A stretch of 64,000 nucleotides of DNA from positions 182,590,001 to 182,654,000 of the forward strand of contig OZ024743.1 in the NCBI GenBank assembly GCA_964016885.1, written 5' to 3'. This stretch comes from Eledone cirrhosa. Its lineage: Eukaryota. Each line of letters begins with the position of its first letter. The stretch's first letter is position 1. The notes beneath the pieces are model-generated. The model ran no database searches. It had not been told where the DNA came from and worked only from the letters and a program-made list of their open reading frames with translations. Below are positions 42,939 to 56,732 of this stretch, piece after piece. A program made the position numbers and the translations under genes.

Positions 42939-45900
42939 GCTATCACCCAGCACCACCCTCCATTATCACCCCACTGCACAAACTCCCATTGCTGCCATTA
43001 ACAAACAAACAAATTAACAACACACCAAAACAATTAAAACCATCCACTCTCGCCTCTACGTTTTTGCTTAACGCCCAAGGCATCAGCCCTTCCACCAATA
43101 CTCAGAAATGGAAGATCAAATTCCTGGAGGACTGGATTGATGTCCATCCAAACCACATCCCTTTCTTCGTCCTCACTGAAACCCATCTCAGTAACCTCCA
43201 CTTGGAAGCCGAGGTGAAAGTGAAAAATTTCAAAGCCATCCGTGCTGATCGCGCTGGCAGAAGAAAGGGCGGGACTGCCATTTATGTCCATAATTCTTTC
43301 TCAACAGAGGCTATGAACATATTCACTAATGGATACTGTGAAGCAGTCACTGTATTCAGTCAAACCAACAACCTAATAGTAGTTGGGCTCTATAGGCCAC
43401 ACCAAACGCCTGTACCATGCTTCAAGGAATGCCTCAACAGCATAAAGTGTTTCATCCAAGAGTGTCACCCTGACAACATCTTAATGATGGGGGACTTCAA
43501 CCTCCCCGGAGTTGACTGGTCCACAAACAGCCTGCCACCAGGTTCTTCTGCCTCAACCTCTGACAGGGAAGCAGTGGAATCGCTTCTTGACTTCATGGAT
43601 GATTTCTTCCTATCCCAACTGGTGCTCGAACCAACGAGGTGCCACAAAAACGTCCTAGACTTAATTTTCAGCAATCACACTGACAATATCCACAATATTG
43701 CAGTGGAGAAAACTCTACTCTCTGATCATGACATGGTTCTCTGTGATCTGAGATTCCACCGTCCAATATACAAACCCAATGTCATCTCTCCTGTCCATCC
43801 GTTTGACGCTATGGATTTCCACAATGCAAACTGGGAAGCGATCAGTCATGATCTTGCACATGTCGACTGGTCCTTCACACACACTCATACACCCACTAAC
43901 ATCAAAAAGTCCTGGCAGACATTTGTGGACACTGTTACAAACATATGTGCAAAACACACCCCATTAAGAACTATAAACAAATCTAAGAGCAGAATCCCGA
44001 GAAATAGAAAAACGCTCATCAGAAAAATTAAGAGAACGAACAAAAAAATCAACAAGCTGAAATACTGTCAGCAGCAACACATCAACTTGACTGCCATTTC
44101 ATCACTAGAGATTAAAAAACATAACCTCCAAAACAACACATAATGTCCCTCATCAACAATCAGAGAAGAGCTGAAGAGGCCTGGGCCATTGAGAAGATCA
44201 AACTCAATCCCAAAGTGTTCTTTTCATTTGCAAAAAAACACAAAATCACTGGCTCTACTGTTGGCCCTCTAATTGATGAAAATGGCACTCTTCAAGACAA
44301 TGCTAAAACCATGGGTGAGATACTGCAGAAACAATACTGCTCTTTTTTCAGCAATCCTGATATGGCCGATCTGGGCTGTATCGGCAATGTTACTCCCCAT
44401 TACACCTTATCGGACATAACGTTTGGCGCCCCTGATGTCTTGGCGGCAATAAAGGAAATCAAGCATAATTCAGCAGTAGGTCCCGATAGGTTCCCTGCTT
44501 GTGTCTTGAAGGCGTGTCAACACCAACTTGCATCTCCTCTTGCCAATCTGTGGCGGAACTCACTGGATACTGGATATGTGCCAGAAAACCTTCTATCCCA
44601 GTCTGTTGTCCCAGTTTTCAAAAAGGGAAACAAATCCCTTGCCGTGAATTACCGTCCAATCTCACTCACCTCTCATATCATTAAGGTATTTGAGAGAGTG
44701 GTGAGATCGCGAATGACCCACTTCCTTGAGAGTAACAATATGCTGAACTCCAACCAGCATGGATTCCGTAGGGATTGCCTGACGCAGCTACTGCATCACT
44801 TTGATGACATTTTGAGAGCCTTGGGAGAGGGTTCCAACACTGATGTTATCTACCTTGATTTCAGCAAGGCCTTTGACAGGGTTGATCATAACATTCTACT
44901 GAGAAAGCTGTCCAATATTGGTGTCACTGGAAAGCTGCTGCAGTGGATCAAGAGCTTCCTGTCAAATAGAACCCAACATGTTGTAGTTGAAGGAGTCAAA
45001 TCCAGCCCAGCCAAAGTCAGTAGTGGGGTCCCACAAGGCACTGTGTTGGGCCCACTTCTCTTCATTATCTATATTAATGACATCATCAAACACAGCAACA
45101 TTAAAATTTTCGCTGATGATTCCAAGCTCCAAAAGGTCATCAATGGCGTGGATGACCGGATAAGCCTTCAGTCAGACCTACTGGCTGTTACCCAATGGGC
45201 AGAAAAGAACATGTTACTGAACGAGGACAAATTCGAACTGATCCACTTTGGAAAAGAGGATGCTCTGAAACTCCCGTACTCCCTTCCCTCCGGGGAAACT
45301 CTCGTGGCATCTAACAACATCAGAGACTTGGGAGTAACCGTGGACAGCAACATAAGCTGGACCACGCATATAAGCAGCAAAGTTGACATGGCCCGCAGAA
45401 TGTGTTCCTGGATCCTCAGAACCTTCCAGTCGAGAGATTCCCGCACCATTATCCTTCTCTTCTCTACTTTTGCCCGACCACACCTTGAATACTGTTGTCC
45501 ACTGTGGTCTCCCCACACGAAACAAAGTATCATGAAACTTGAAGCTCCTCAAAGGGCAATCACGAAAAAGATAGATGGCATGTCAGACCTTGACTACTGG
45601 GGTCGACTAGAAAACCTGAAACTTTACTCACTCCAACGTCGCTGTGAGCATTATATTATCTGCATGATGTGGAAAATGTTCCATCATCACTGCCCAAATG
45701 ATGTTGGCATCGCCTTCAAGATACACCCAAGGCTTGGGCCCCGTGCTCTCCGTCCCATTCAAAAATCTAAATCGCAACTCATAACAACAATACGGCACAA
45801 TTATTTCACCTCAATCGGCCCTGCTCTCTTCAACATCACACCAGGACACGTCAAAACAGAAACTGACCACACAAAATTCAAGAAGTCTTTGGACAAATTC

Positions 45901-45993
45901 CTCCAAGTAATCCCGGACAAACCACCCACACCCGGATATGTCTCCGCAAACAGTAATTCTCTTCTCGAATGGGCCATGGTGCCCAAATCCTGA
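42926..45993 (+). CDS. LINE ORF2 (APE plus RT), split by one frame change near 44130-44143
   Basis: APE motifs LLNAQGI, LTETHL, GGTAIY, YRP, GDFN, SDH in 42890-44143. RT motifs [26 protein letters not shown] in 44143-45993. Confidence 0.88.
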
Positions 45994-46095
45994 ATTGAAA
46001 GACTTCGCCAGGTGGTGCTATTAAGTTAGACATGGCCTGGGCCAATACTGGCCAAAACATTTCAAAGTTATTCAAAGTTATATATACATATACAT

Positions 46096-46161
<66 letters not shown>

Positions 46162-46297
46162 ACATATATACATATACATATATATATACATATATATATA
46201 CATATATATATACATATATATATACATATATATATACATATATATATACATATATATATACATATATATATACATATATATATACATATATATATAC

Positions 46298-46344
<47 letters not shown>

Positions 46345-46361
46345 CATATATACATATATAT

Positions 46362-46404
<43 letters not shown>

Positions 46405-47105
46405 TAGGGAGCAGCGGCTGTTAGGGCAAGACGTGTTTTCTTGGGCTCTGCTAGAGTCAGCAGCAACACACAACCACGTGTTGCTACACACACACAAGAG
46501 GAAAGAGAAAATTTAAAATTTATGAGACCAATAGAGATATGTACATTTATATATTTATATCTAGATATTGCTATTATCATTTACAGTCCCTCTGTGTTTA
46601 ATGTATGTTCATTAGTATATGTGTTGTTATTTCTGCTTGCATTTTGCATATATACATATATATATCTATATATATGCTTGCGTGGACCCCTCTCAAAAAT
46701 TCGTTGGATTTTCTAATTGGATACCCCGAAACTGGATACCAATTACTGAATACACCTGAACTTCTACCAGGAAATCTTTCATATCAGTGAAAAAATTTTC
46801 TTTTCTTTGCTTCATATATATATATTATATATACTTGTCCGCCATTGCAAAAGGCCATAAATTCAAAATTTTGAAGAGAGGAAAAGAGAGAAGTGATCTA
46901 TGAACTTGTAACATCTCACTGATCCCCCCGTCACCACAATAACAATAACGCCTACACTCGCTCCCCACCATCACCACATTACTCTAAGGTCGCTGTCCTG
47001 TCCCCTGTTGACTTACTGCTGACTCTCTTTTGATGTATGTATGTGTATATACATATGTGTATGTGTGTGTATATGTATATCTCAGTGGATGCGACCAGAT
47101 TTCAA

Positions 47106-47400
47106 CACAGCAACAACAACAGCAGCAACACCAACAACAACAACAACAGCAACAACACCATCGTCTGTGTTGAATGTGTGTGTATGTATTTGTATATATG
47201 CGACAGCAATAACAGCATCAACACCATTGTCTGCAGCAACAGCAGCAGTGAAATGAAGGACAACAACTACAGCACCAACAACTGCCACCACCATCACTGA
47301 CCATCCACCACCACCACGCTGATACCATCCACCACCACCACACTGACACCATCCACCACCACCACACTGACACCATCCACCACCGCCATTACCAGCGTAA
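47106..47400. repeat. (CAA/CAG)n and (CAC)n low-complexity repeats, including a 24-bp unit
   Basis: CCATCCACCACCACCACACTGACA-type units at ~47300-47390. Confidence 0.8.
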
Positions 47401-47517
47401 ACAAACAATTATTATTGTTATTGTTATTATATACAAGCCGAACTGGACTGGGAAAGGTCAACAGTTGACATAATAGTGATTTTGACGATTTTGACTTTGA
47501 TTTTGATTTTGTATCAG

Positions 47518-47717
47518 NNNNNNNNNNNNNNNNNNNNNNNNNNNNNNNNNNNNNNNNNNNNNNNNNNNNNNNNNNNNNNNNNNNNNNNNNNNNNNNNNNN
47601 NNNNNNNNNNNNNNNNNNNNNNNNNNNNNNNNNNNNNNNNNNNNNNNNNNNNNNNNNNNNNNNNNNNNNNNNNNNNNNNNNNNNNNNNNNNNNNNNNNNN
47701 NNNNNNNNNNNNNNNNN
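47518..47717. other. Assembly gap (200 N)
   Basis: A run of exactly 200 N, suggesting a fixed-size scaffolding gap. Confidence 0.99.
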
Positions 47718-47759
47718 GCCGAGTCCAAGGTTGAATTGTCAACTCGGGTCTTTTGTCGT

Positions 47760-49010
47760 ACATTGTAGCACCAGAGATCTCAGTCCTGTGTCATCCCCAT
47801 TGGGAGAATCAGCTGAGCTAAGTCAGGCTTTATTGTTTCCTCCCTTGTCTTCCTGAGTCCTCTTCTTCAGGGACATCCAACAACCTCTGAAGATCTGCAC
47901 CTTTTTAAACAGCTGTCATCCTTCATGCTCATCATGTGACCATATCACTGCAGTTTTCTCTCCTGTACACAGCATTTGATCCTTCTTATGCCCAGTTTTG
48001 CTCTCAACACATTTACACTTTGCCATTCACATACACTTCTGTTATACATCTATCTGATCATGCAGGCTTCATTTCTTTCCAATCTCCATAGATCCTCCTC
48101 GGCATGCAGAGCCCATGTGTCGCTTCCATGTAGCATTGCTGAGTGCACACAGGCATCATGCAGCTTGCCTTTTATCTTGAGTGAGAGACCTTTTGTAGTT
48201 AGCAGCGGCACTAGCTCCCTGAACTTTTTCCATCCCTTTCTTACTCGGGAAAATCTGCTTTCTGCACAACCACATCGGCAGCTGATTTGGTCACACAGAT
48301 AGCAGAAGCTATCAACTATTTCTATGGGATTTTCTGTGCAATATAAGGAGCTTCCTACTTGATGGCCTTTGCTTACTACCCCTGTACTGGAGTAGTAAGC
48401 AAAGTTTGTGTTTTTTGCTAACCTGCTTGTTTTCCCACTACATCTCTTGCGTACCCCACAGTTTGCATATGGGACACCGGATTGAGTTTCTGCCTACTCC
48501 TTTCCTGCATATCAAGCAGCACCATTTCTCGGAGGGGATTAGAGCCCTGTTTTCCTTTCTACTCACTAGGATTTTGGTCTTTGCCAGGCTGACCTTAAGG
48601 CCTTTTATTTCTAAGCTGTGCCTCCATGTCTGAAATTTGTTCTCTAATTCTGTCATAGAATCAGCTATGAGGGTCAAGTTGTCAGCATATAGGAGTTCCC
48701 ACAGACCACCATTCTTAAATTCCTGTTATAGCTTGTAGGACAATATCGAAGAGGAGGGAGCTAAGGATGGAACCCTGGTGAACCCCCACTTGTATGCTAA
48801 ATTCCTCCCTGTACTCATTGTTGATTTTAACTTTGCTAGTGGTCCCTCTGTACAAGGCCTATACTGCTCTCACAAGCCGCTCATCTACAAAAGCTTTCTC
48901 TAGGTCCACAAATGCTAAGTAGAGTGGTTTGCTTTGCATTTGCTTCACAAGGAAGAGGGCATCAGTGGTGCTTTTTCCCGGCACAAATCCAAACTGCATC
49001 TCATCTAGTT
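47760..49010 (-). mobile_element. Degenerate RTE LINE fragment
   Basis: LDEMQFGFVPGKSTTDALF, YADNLTLIA, CRKGVGRNSIRCPIC and AMLHGSDTWA remnants, with deletions. Confidence 0.85.
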
Positions 49011-49096
49011 GTAAGAAAAGTAACATAAGAGTAATGTTGACTAAATTGAGATTTTAACCTTTATTGATTCATCAATTTTATCTTCCTTTCCTTTAG

Positions 49097-49158
49097 TATC
49101 TCAAATATGGATTGGCAATACCAACTTTGGAAATGGGGGTGTCATTTTTACCGATAAT
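49097..49158 (+). CDS. RyR: Ryanodine receptor exon (ISNMDWQYQLWKWGVIFTDN), with an apparent +1 G frameshift
   Basis: Polypyrimidine tract...TTTAG acceptor and GTAAGT donor. Homologous to vertebrate IDVKYQIWKFGVIFTDN only if the G5 run at 49135-49139 is read as G4. Confidence 0.85.
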
Positions 49159-50376
49159 GTAAGTAAAAAGAAGTTTTTTCTATTAAGTGAATAATGTATT
49201 TTGTTGGGAAAACTGCAAAATGCTTTTACATATACGTTTCTTTTTTGATTATGCCATGTTTTATATTTTATTTTCCTTTATCCTTTTCTTTCATTTCTTA
49301 AAGAGATACGGCTTTCTAATTACCATTACGTGGGTTTTCTGAGTGTAAATATATGTGAAATAAGCATTATCTAGTTAACTGGCCCTTGCAGATTATTTCT
49401 TTTTATTCTGGAATTTGAGTTATGTTTTTGATGTGGCCTTTGAAAAGGTTGTTAAAACATGAGAAATTACTAACAAGGAGAAAGTGACAAAATGATTGTA
49501 GTTCTAAGAAAAAAATGTATAAACCTTTTTCGTGTGTGTGTGTGTGTGTAATAGAATGAGTGATATGATGCAAAGTGTAAGGGAAAATATATTTTAATTG
49601 CATTAAGAGTTTAGGCTATCAGTAAAGGAAGGAAAGAGAGGTCAGACACAATAGGTAATCCAGAATTTGGAATTAATTAATGTGAAACAATGTATTACAA
49701 TAATATACTTGAATATAAACCAATACCTATTTTATGTCCTGAGAAATAGGCAAAAATCCAAACCCTGTTTATAAGCTGCGACAGGTAATCAATACATTAT
49801 GGTTAGATAGTGTGGTTTTCAAATTCTCATGAGTGGAGATTTTATTTAAGAAGTTTCAATATTTTGTGTCATTTAAAGTATAATTTTTGTTACACAACTC
49901 CATTACATAATGATTTTTAACCAATTCTGACCTTTTGAAGGCCATATTTATTCAAAACATATCAAAAGCAATAGCAAATACAAATTTCACATGAAAGTGA
50001 AATTGGTTTAACATTCACTTCCAAAGTGAAAATATTTTAGCACCTCACTTACATAGAATTTTGAAGTTGGTGAAAATCAGCAAAATATTACCATTGGTTT
50101 TTTTTTTTTGTCTTATATTTCTCGGCTTATATATGCATACAGTATTTCAGTGAACATTCTTCCGAGTTATTTTTAAATGTTGCCAAAGGAGCTAAATCAT
50201 TCCTGATAGAATTTATGCAATTAATATAAAGTAAATTTAAGTGATGGTAATTTTTCAGAACTAATGTAAGTTGTTTTTAGAACTATTTTGATTATCTGTC
50301 TGAAGTATATGGTGTTTCTCAGAGATAGAAGTAGAGTCAAGTATCTGTATCCCAAGAAGTTTTTATATTTAGTTCA

Positions 50377-50725
50377 TCATCATCATCATCGTTTAAACGT
50401 CCATATTCCACGCTTGCATGGGTTTGGACGGGAGTTTTCCCACTTGAGGCAAGAGTGGTTGTCTTGCTCGCATAGGACTGTCTGGCGGGTTTTCTACGGC
50501 TGGATGCCTTTCCTAACACCAACCACATTTACAGTGTGGAACTGGGAGGTTTTTACCGTGTTACCTACACGGCCACATTACAGCGTGGACTGTGTGTTTT
50601 TTTGTTGTGACACCTACACGGACCTCATTTGTTTCGGACTGGATGTTGTAGTACCAACATAACTTTACATTGGGGTGGGGGTAGTGGGACGGGGGTGTAT
50701 TTTGTTAGAGGTGCCTACTGACTGT
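50377..50725 (-). mobile_element. RTE LINE 3' UTR fragment
   Basis: Closely matches 22145-22512 and 32950-33322. Confidence 0.85.
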
Positions 50726-51659
50726 TGTTTATTTCAAAGAGTGTATGGTAGTAATGGTTTTGTTTACAAATATGAGAATTTATTTTAATATTGTTTAATC
50801 TTACTTGATCTTTTAATCCTTTTATGTGTATATGGTAGGTGTTTCTGTAGAAAATATACTCTATGGGTGGCCAGAAACTTCTTGGGTTTCATCATCATTA
50901 TCATCATCGTTTAAACATCTATTTTTCCATGCTTGCATAGGTTAGATGGGTCATCCACATTATGATACAAATCTGCCATGCCATACTTTACTCAAATAGA
51001 ACTGTATTTTGACTTGGATTTTTACAGTTGGATGTCCTTCCTAACACCAACCACGTTTACAGTGTGGAACTGGTTGGTCCTGTTATGAGACAAGTCTGGC
51101 CATATGGCTGCGCCATACCTTGCCCATATCGGGTCTGTGTGTTGGCTGGGTTTTTACATCTGCTGGAGGCCCTTCCAAACACCAACCACATTTACAGTGT
51201 GGAACTGGGTGGCACTGTTATGAGGGGTCTCTGGCCAGTTGACTGCTCCATACCCTGCTTACAGAGGAACTGTATTTTGGGAGCTGGGTGCCCCCATTAT
51301 GATGGCAGTCTGGCCAGTTGTGGGGCTGTGTTTAAGCTAGGTTTCTACGGCTGCTGGGTGCCTTTTCTAGTGCCAACCCCAGTGTGGAACTGGGTGGCAC
51401 CGTTATGAGACAACTCTGGCCAGTTGGCTAAGCCATACCTTGCTCATAGTAAAGTTTTGGCTGGGTGTATACATGATATATATACCACATGTGCATGTAT
51501 ATAACATACAATACATAATACCCAATATACATATATAATATACATTAACATACATATAGAGATAATACACAATATATACATATATAGCATAGCACATATA
51601 TACAATATACATATATATATATATTGAATCTGCGAGTTACTAAGCACCCATGCTTTAAT

Positions 51660-54600
51660 TCAGAAGCTTTAATTCAGAGATAGGAAGTATACACACACTC
51701 CCGCAAAAATTTACCCCATCCTACGAGTGATGGCAAATGTCCAAAACTCCGTGTTGGAACCATCAATGTAAGTACAATGAAAGGTAGGGAAATCGTAGAG
51801 ATGCTAGAGCAAAAGAAAATTGATGTATGCTGTGTACAAGAGACAGACTAGATGGATAGGAGAGTCTGCTAGAGTCCTTGTAGGCAAAAATCAGTGCTAC
51901 AAATTTTTCTGGGTGGGAAATTACAACGGAATGGGTGGTGTAGGTATTCTATTAGCTGACAAATGGGTAGATAAGGTCATCTCAGTTAACAGGGTGAACG
52001 TAAGAATCATTAAACTCAGACTAATCCTGAATAAAACAATTGCCACAATCATATCAGCTTACACACCACAATCGGGTTTGCCAGGCGAACTTAAGGATAG
52101 GTTTTATGAGTCCTTAATGCACACCACTGCCCTAACAAACAACAGTGACTTCCTAATTAATGCAGAGAACTTTAACGGACACGTTGGGAAACACCGTGAT
52201 GGCTTCTATAGAGTCCATGGAGGCTACGGGTTTGGCACAAGAAATGAAGAAGGCTTTGGGCTAGAATTCTGCGATGCCAATGACATGTCGATATGTAACA
52301 CAAACTTCAAAAAACCCGACAAACATCTGATCACCAATAGATCAGGGGAGCATTCTAGTCAGATAGATTTTATCCTCATCAGAGGACGAGATAGATGGAC
52401 GGTTGTAAACACAAAAGCCTTTCCTAGTGAGGAATGTACCTGCCAACATAATTTAGTTGTCAGCAACCTCATTGTCAAAACTAGACGAACTTGGGAACAG
52501 CATGCAACCTGGAGAAGAAGATCTGGAAGCTGAAAGATCCCTCAGCCAGTAACAGATTTAAAGATATCTTACTCGATGCCTATGACAGTAAAGAAGAACA
52601 TATAGCGAGGATACTGGGTTGTATGAATGTAACAAAACGAGACATGGTTTGTGTAGATAATATTTAATTAACAATGGTAGATAGTATAGTTGACATGTCA
52701 AAGAAATAGATGATAGAATGAAACAAAGTTAGTCGTTACCGTTTTGATTGCCAGGCAAACGCGGCTGGCAGAGGACGCCTGGCTAAGGCCAGGCGCCGGA
52801 AGGCCAAATGAGAGGTTCTTGGCCTGGTGCCGAAAGGGCAATGAGAGAGTGAGAACTTAAAGTTGTTAGTTTTATAGGGTTCTGACCGGAAGTTGCAGAA
52901 AGGGTTCTACTTCCCGTCTAGATGTTAATCCAAACAAGGGAGACAACCGCTACAAACAGATAGAGACATTCAATGTAGAAGAACACTGGGAGTTCCTAAA
53001 AAATAACTTTCTAAAGGCGATGGACGAGATCTGTGGTTGGAGCAAGACCACAGGGAGGAGGATAGTGACTTGGCGGTGGAACAATAAGGTAGATGAGGCA
53101 GTTAAGGCTAAGAGACAGGCATGGAAAGAATGGAAGAACGGGGAAAGTAGGGCACATTACATAGAGACCAGGGGGGAAGCTAGGCGACAAGTATACTTTT
53201 GCAGCATGAGGACCAGAAACTGGAGGTGTTCAGGATTGCAAGGCAGTGTGTTAGAGAAAATTGTGATGTCATTGGAGAGAAGTGTGTCTGGAATGATAAA
53301 GGTGAGCTTGCCCTTACAAGTGCTGAGGAGAAAAATGCGTGGAAGAGCCACTATGAAAGATTACTAAATGAGGAGAATGCATGGGAGAAAGAGACCCTAC
53401 CCAAGTGGATCCTAAAGAGGGGCCAGCAGTACAAGTCAGCAGCAGCATAATAAGTAAGGCAATTAAAGATATGAAGACTGGGAAGTCAAGCACTCCATCG
53501 GGTATAGCTGCCGAGATGCTGAAAGCATCTGGGTTGGTAGGTCACACCATAACCACACATATTGTTAACCAGGTAATACTAGAGGGTGTCATACCAAAGG
53601 ATTGGTGCAGCAGTATCATTGTCAACTGCTACAAGGGTAAAGGTGATGCACTAGATAGAGGAAACTATAGAGGTATAAAGCTGATGGACCAGGACATGAA
53701 AGTATAGCACAGTTGATTAGGGACCGGGTAAAACTAGGTGAGATGCAATTTGGGTTTGTGCCAGGAAAAGGCACCACTGATGCCCTCTTCCTTGTGAGGA
53801 AGTTACAGGAAAAGTACCTAGCTAAAAGTAAGCCACTCTACCTGGCATTTGTCGATCTGGAAAAAGCCTTTGACAGAGTGCCTCGCAGTATAATCTGAAG
53901 GGCTCTTAGAAAACTAGGAGTAGATGAATGGCTTGTGAAAGCAGTACAAGCCATGTATAGGGGAGCAGTCAGCAAAGTTAGGGTTAACAATGACTGTAGC
54001 GAGAAATTTAGCAGGGCTCTGTCCTTAGCCCTCTCCTGTTCATTATAGTATTGCAGGCAATAACAGAGGAGTTTAAGACCAGATGCCCATGGGAACTCCT
54101 GTATGCGGATGATCTCACACTTATAGCTGAATCTATGGTGAAACTAGAGAAGAAATTCCAAACATGAAAGCAGAGACTAGAAAGAAAGGGTCTCAAAGTC
54201 AACCTGACGAAGACTAAGGTCATCATAAGTAGACGAGAAAACAGAACCTAGATCCCCTCAGGGAAATGGCCATGCTCAGTTTGTAGGAAAGGTGTAGGTA
54301 GGAACTCCATCCTCTGCCCCAAATGCAAATAATGGGTACACAAGAGATGTAGTGGGATCTCAGGAAGCTTAGCTAAGAATGTAGGCTTTACATGTAGCAG
54401 TTGCACCTGGACAGTAAGCAGCAAACAGCCACAGGAAACAAGCACCACCAGACTCTGGGAGGGCTCTGTAGAAACAGTAGACAGCTTTTGCTACCTAGGT
54501 GACCGAATTAGCAGTGAAGGTGGGTGTTCGGAAAGTACAGTAGCCAGAGTAAGAACGGGATGGAAGAAGTTCAGGGAGCTACTGCCACTGCTAGCTGCAA

Positions 54601-55328
54601 AAGGCTTTTCCCTCAAAATGAAAGGCAGACTGTATGATGCATGCATACGAACAGCAATGTTACATGGTAGTGAGATCTGGGCCTTGTGTGTAGAAGACTT
54701 GTGTAGATTAGAAAGAAACGAAGCTTGCATGCTCCGATGGATGTGTAATAGTAATATATGTGAACGGGAAAGCATAAACGAATTGAGAGAGAGACTGAGC
54801 ATAAGGGAAATCAAATGCTGTATGCAGGAGAGGAGGTTGCGTTGGTATGGACATGTGATGCGTATGAAGGATGACAGCTGCATAAAAAAAGGTGCAGAGC
54901 ACTAGAAGTCGATGGAAGCCATGGAGTGGGGAGACCCAAGAAGACCTGGGATGAGGTGATAAAAGCTGACCTTACCCAATTGCACCTCTCAAAGGCGATG
55001 ATGCAGGACCGTGACCTCTGGCATCACGCAGTAATACAGGAGACCCGACCCCCCACGAGTACAAGCCAAAGCTGAAGCATATAGACAATATACACACACA
55101 CCCCTCCCACTGCAAAGTGGACGTGTAGGTGCCACAGAAAAAAAGCACCCAGCACTCACTATAAAGGAGGTTGGTGTTAGGAAGGGCATCCAGCTATAGA
55201 AATCAAGCCCAAATCAGTTCCTGTATGAGCAAGACATGGTCAGCCGACCTGGCACTGCCCACAACAGGACAACCCGTCTAACCCATGCTAGCGTGGAAGA
55301 ATGGACGTAAAACAGTGATGATGATGAT
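51660..55328 (+). mobile_element. Near full-length decayed RTE LINE (APE, RT, PHD-like finger, 3' UTR), interrupted by a solo LTR
   Basis: KLRVGTINVSTMKG, GGVGILL, FNGHVG, SQIDFIL, FVDLEKAFDRVPR, YADD, RLRWYGHVMR, with many stops and frameshifts. (GAT)n tail. Confidence 0.9.
52601..52954 (-). mobile_element. Solo LTR (354 bp, probably Gypsy-type)
   Basis: Termini TATAGCG (from TGTAGCG)...CGCTACA and a 4-bp TSD AACA. Excision restores the RTE frame KEEQIETFNVEEHW. TATAAAA and ATTAAA occur on the minus strand. Confidence 0.8.
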
Positions 55329-56010
55329 ATACATCACACATACACACACACACATAAATACGCAATATATATATAAATATACAACATACATATACATATA
55401 TAGTATGCGCGTAAATATGTCTATGTACAATATACACACATGCATTACAAAACATATATATACATATAACATATGATGTAACAAGGTAACTGTGAGAAGG
55501 GGCAAAAGCCATATTTGCCAAATAGCTAACCGGAAGGTGAGTGGATGTGAAGACGATAGAACCATGGGCTGGGTTTTATTTTGGGAGAGACAGGAAAGGA
55601 GTGCAGCATGTAGTTTGCTTATTTAGAATGAAACAAGAGCGAGGAGGGGAAGATAATGCTGATAGGGCCATGGCCATGAAGTTAGTGGAGGAGGAGGAGG
55701 GGGTGGGGATATTGGGTCAATTCTTTCTTTCTCTTTTGCTCTTTTGAAGAAATAGGCTGTGTTCTGACCTGGAGAGGGATTGGTTCTGCTAAGTTTAAAA
55801 TACCCAATGTGCTTCAGGACAGGATCCCTATGATTCCATCACAATTTAAGGGCACCATCTTGAGTTTTGTGATGCCAATGGTCTGACTATTTGCAATACT
55901 AACTTCAAGAAAGCAGCCAACCACTTTAGGAAAAGTAGTACAAAATGAATTTTTAAAATTCATATGTTCCACACACACAAAAATACTTCTTAATTTAGAT
56001 AAAGAATAAT

Positions 56011-56340
56011 TGTTTCTACTTTTGGCACAAGGCCAGCAATTACCCAGTACATTACTGGTACTTTATTTTATCGACCCCGTAAGGATATAAAGCAAAGTTA
56101 ACTTCGGCGGGATTTGAACTCAGAATGGGAAGGGCCGTAACTCTATACGTCAAAGCATGGCGTCCGACCCTCTACCGATACTGCCAATCCACCACCCTAG
56201 CATGGCGTCTGACCCTCTACCGATACTGCCAATCCACCACCCTAGCATGGCGTCCGACCCTCTACCGATACTGCTAATCCACCACCCTAGCATGGCGTCC
56301 GACCCTCTACCGATACTGCCAATCCACCGCCCTTCAGATA
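56011..56340 (-). mobile_element. tRNA-derived SINE (Nin/Deu-like domain) with a quadruplicated 45-bp head
   Basis: 19-bp TSD AATTTAGATAAAGAATAAT (55992-56010, 56341-56359), B-box GAGTTCAAATCC and GGGGTCGATAAAATAAAGTACCAG. A single-head copy is at 61958-62160. Confidence 0.82.
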
Positions 56341-56585
56341 AATTTAGATAAAGAATAATGTTAATAAATTAGAAATGGACAATTTGCTTTAGCAACACTT
56401 AAAATTAAATTAATTGATTTGATATATCTTTTCATTTATGTATTCCAATTCCTGGCATGCCTGTTATGTTGCTTCTTTTTCTTTCATCTATACTCATGAC
56501 ATTTTTTGAATGATGGAATTATTATTATTATTATTATTCATAGAACATAAGGTTATAAAGTCATTCTCTGTTTGTCTTTCTCTAG

Positions 56586-56732
56586 TCATTCCTGTACATT
56601 CTCTGGTATTTCACCTTCTCTGTGCTGGGCAATTTTAACCACTTCTTCTTTGCTGCTCATCTTATTGATGTTGCTATTGGATTCAAAACTTTGAGAACTA
56701 TTTTGCAATCCGTTACACACAATGGAAAACAG
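56586..56732 (+). CDS. RyR: Ryanodine receptor exon ([49 protein letters not shown]; S3-S4 and S4-S5 linker)
   Basis: TAG acceptor and GTAAAT donor, 147 nt, phase 0-0. Hallmark RyR motifs FFFAAHL and [16 protein letters not shown]. Confidence 0.97.

Larger units (their letters stand above)
41874..46080 (+). mobile_element. Near full-length CR1-group LINE, family B
   Basis: ORF1, APE, RT, 3' UTR and (TTCAAAGTTA)2 tail, embedded in TA microsatellites. Confidence 0.92.

Noticed and set aside
47037-47408. Asn/Thr/Gly-rich short ORFs next to the gap
   Set aside because: Trinucleotide and 24-bp low-complexity repeats without splice or homology support.
49725-49790. Short similarity to 63885-63950 (GGCAAAAATCCAAAC…TTTATAAGC…CAGGTAATC)
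   Set aside because: Too short and diverged to classify; likely old repeat fragments.
50851-50900. KYTLWVARNFLG after a TAG, resembling the RyR ARNF motif
   Set aside because: Wrong order relative to the real exons, no donor site, and it runs into a repeat tail and a stop.
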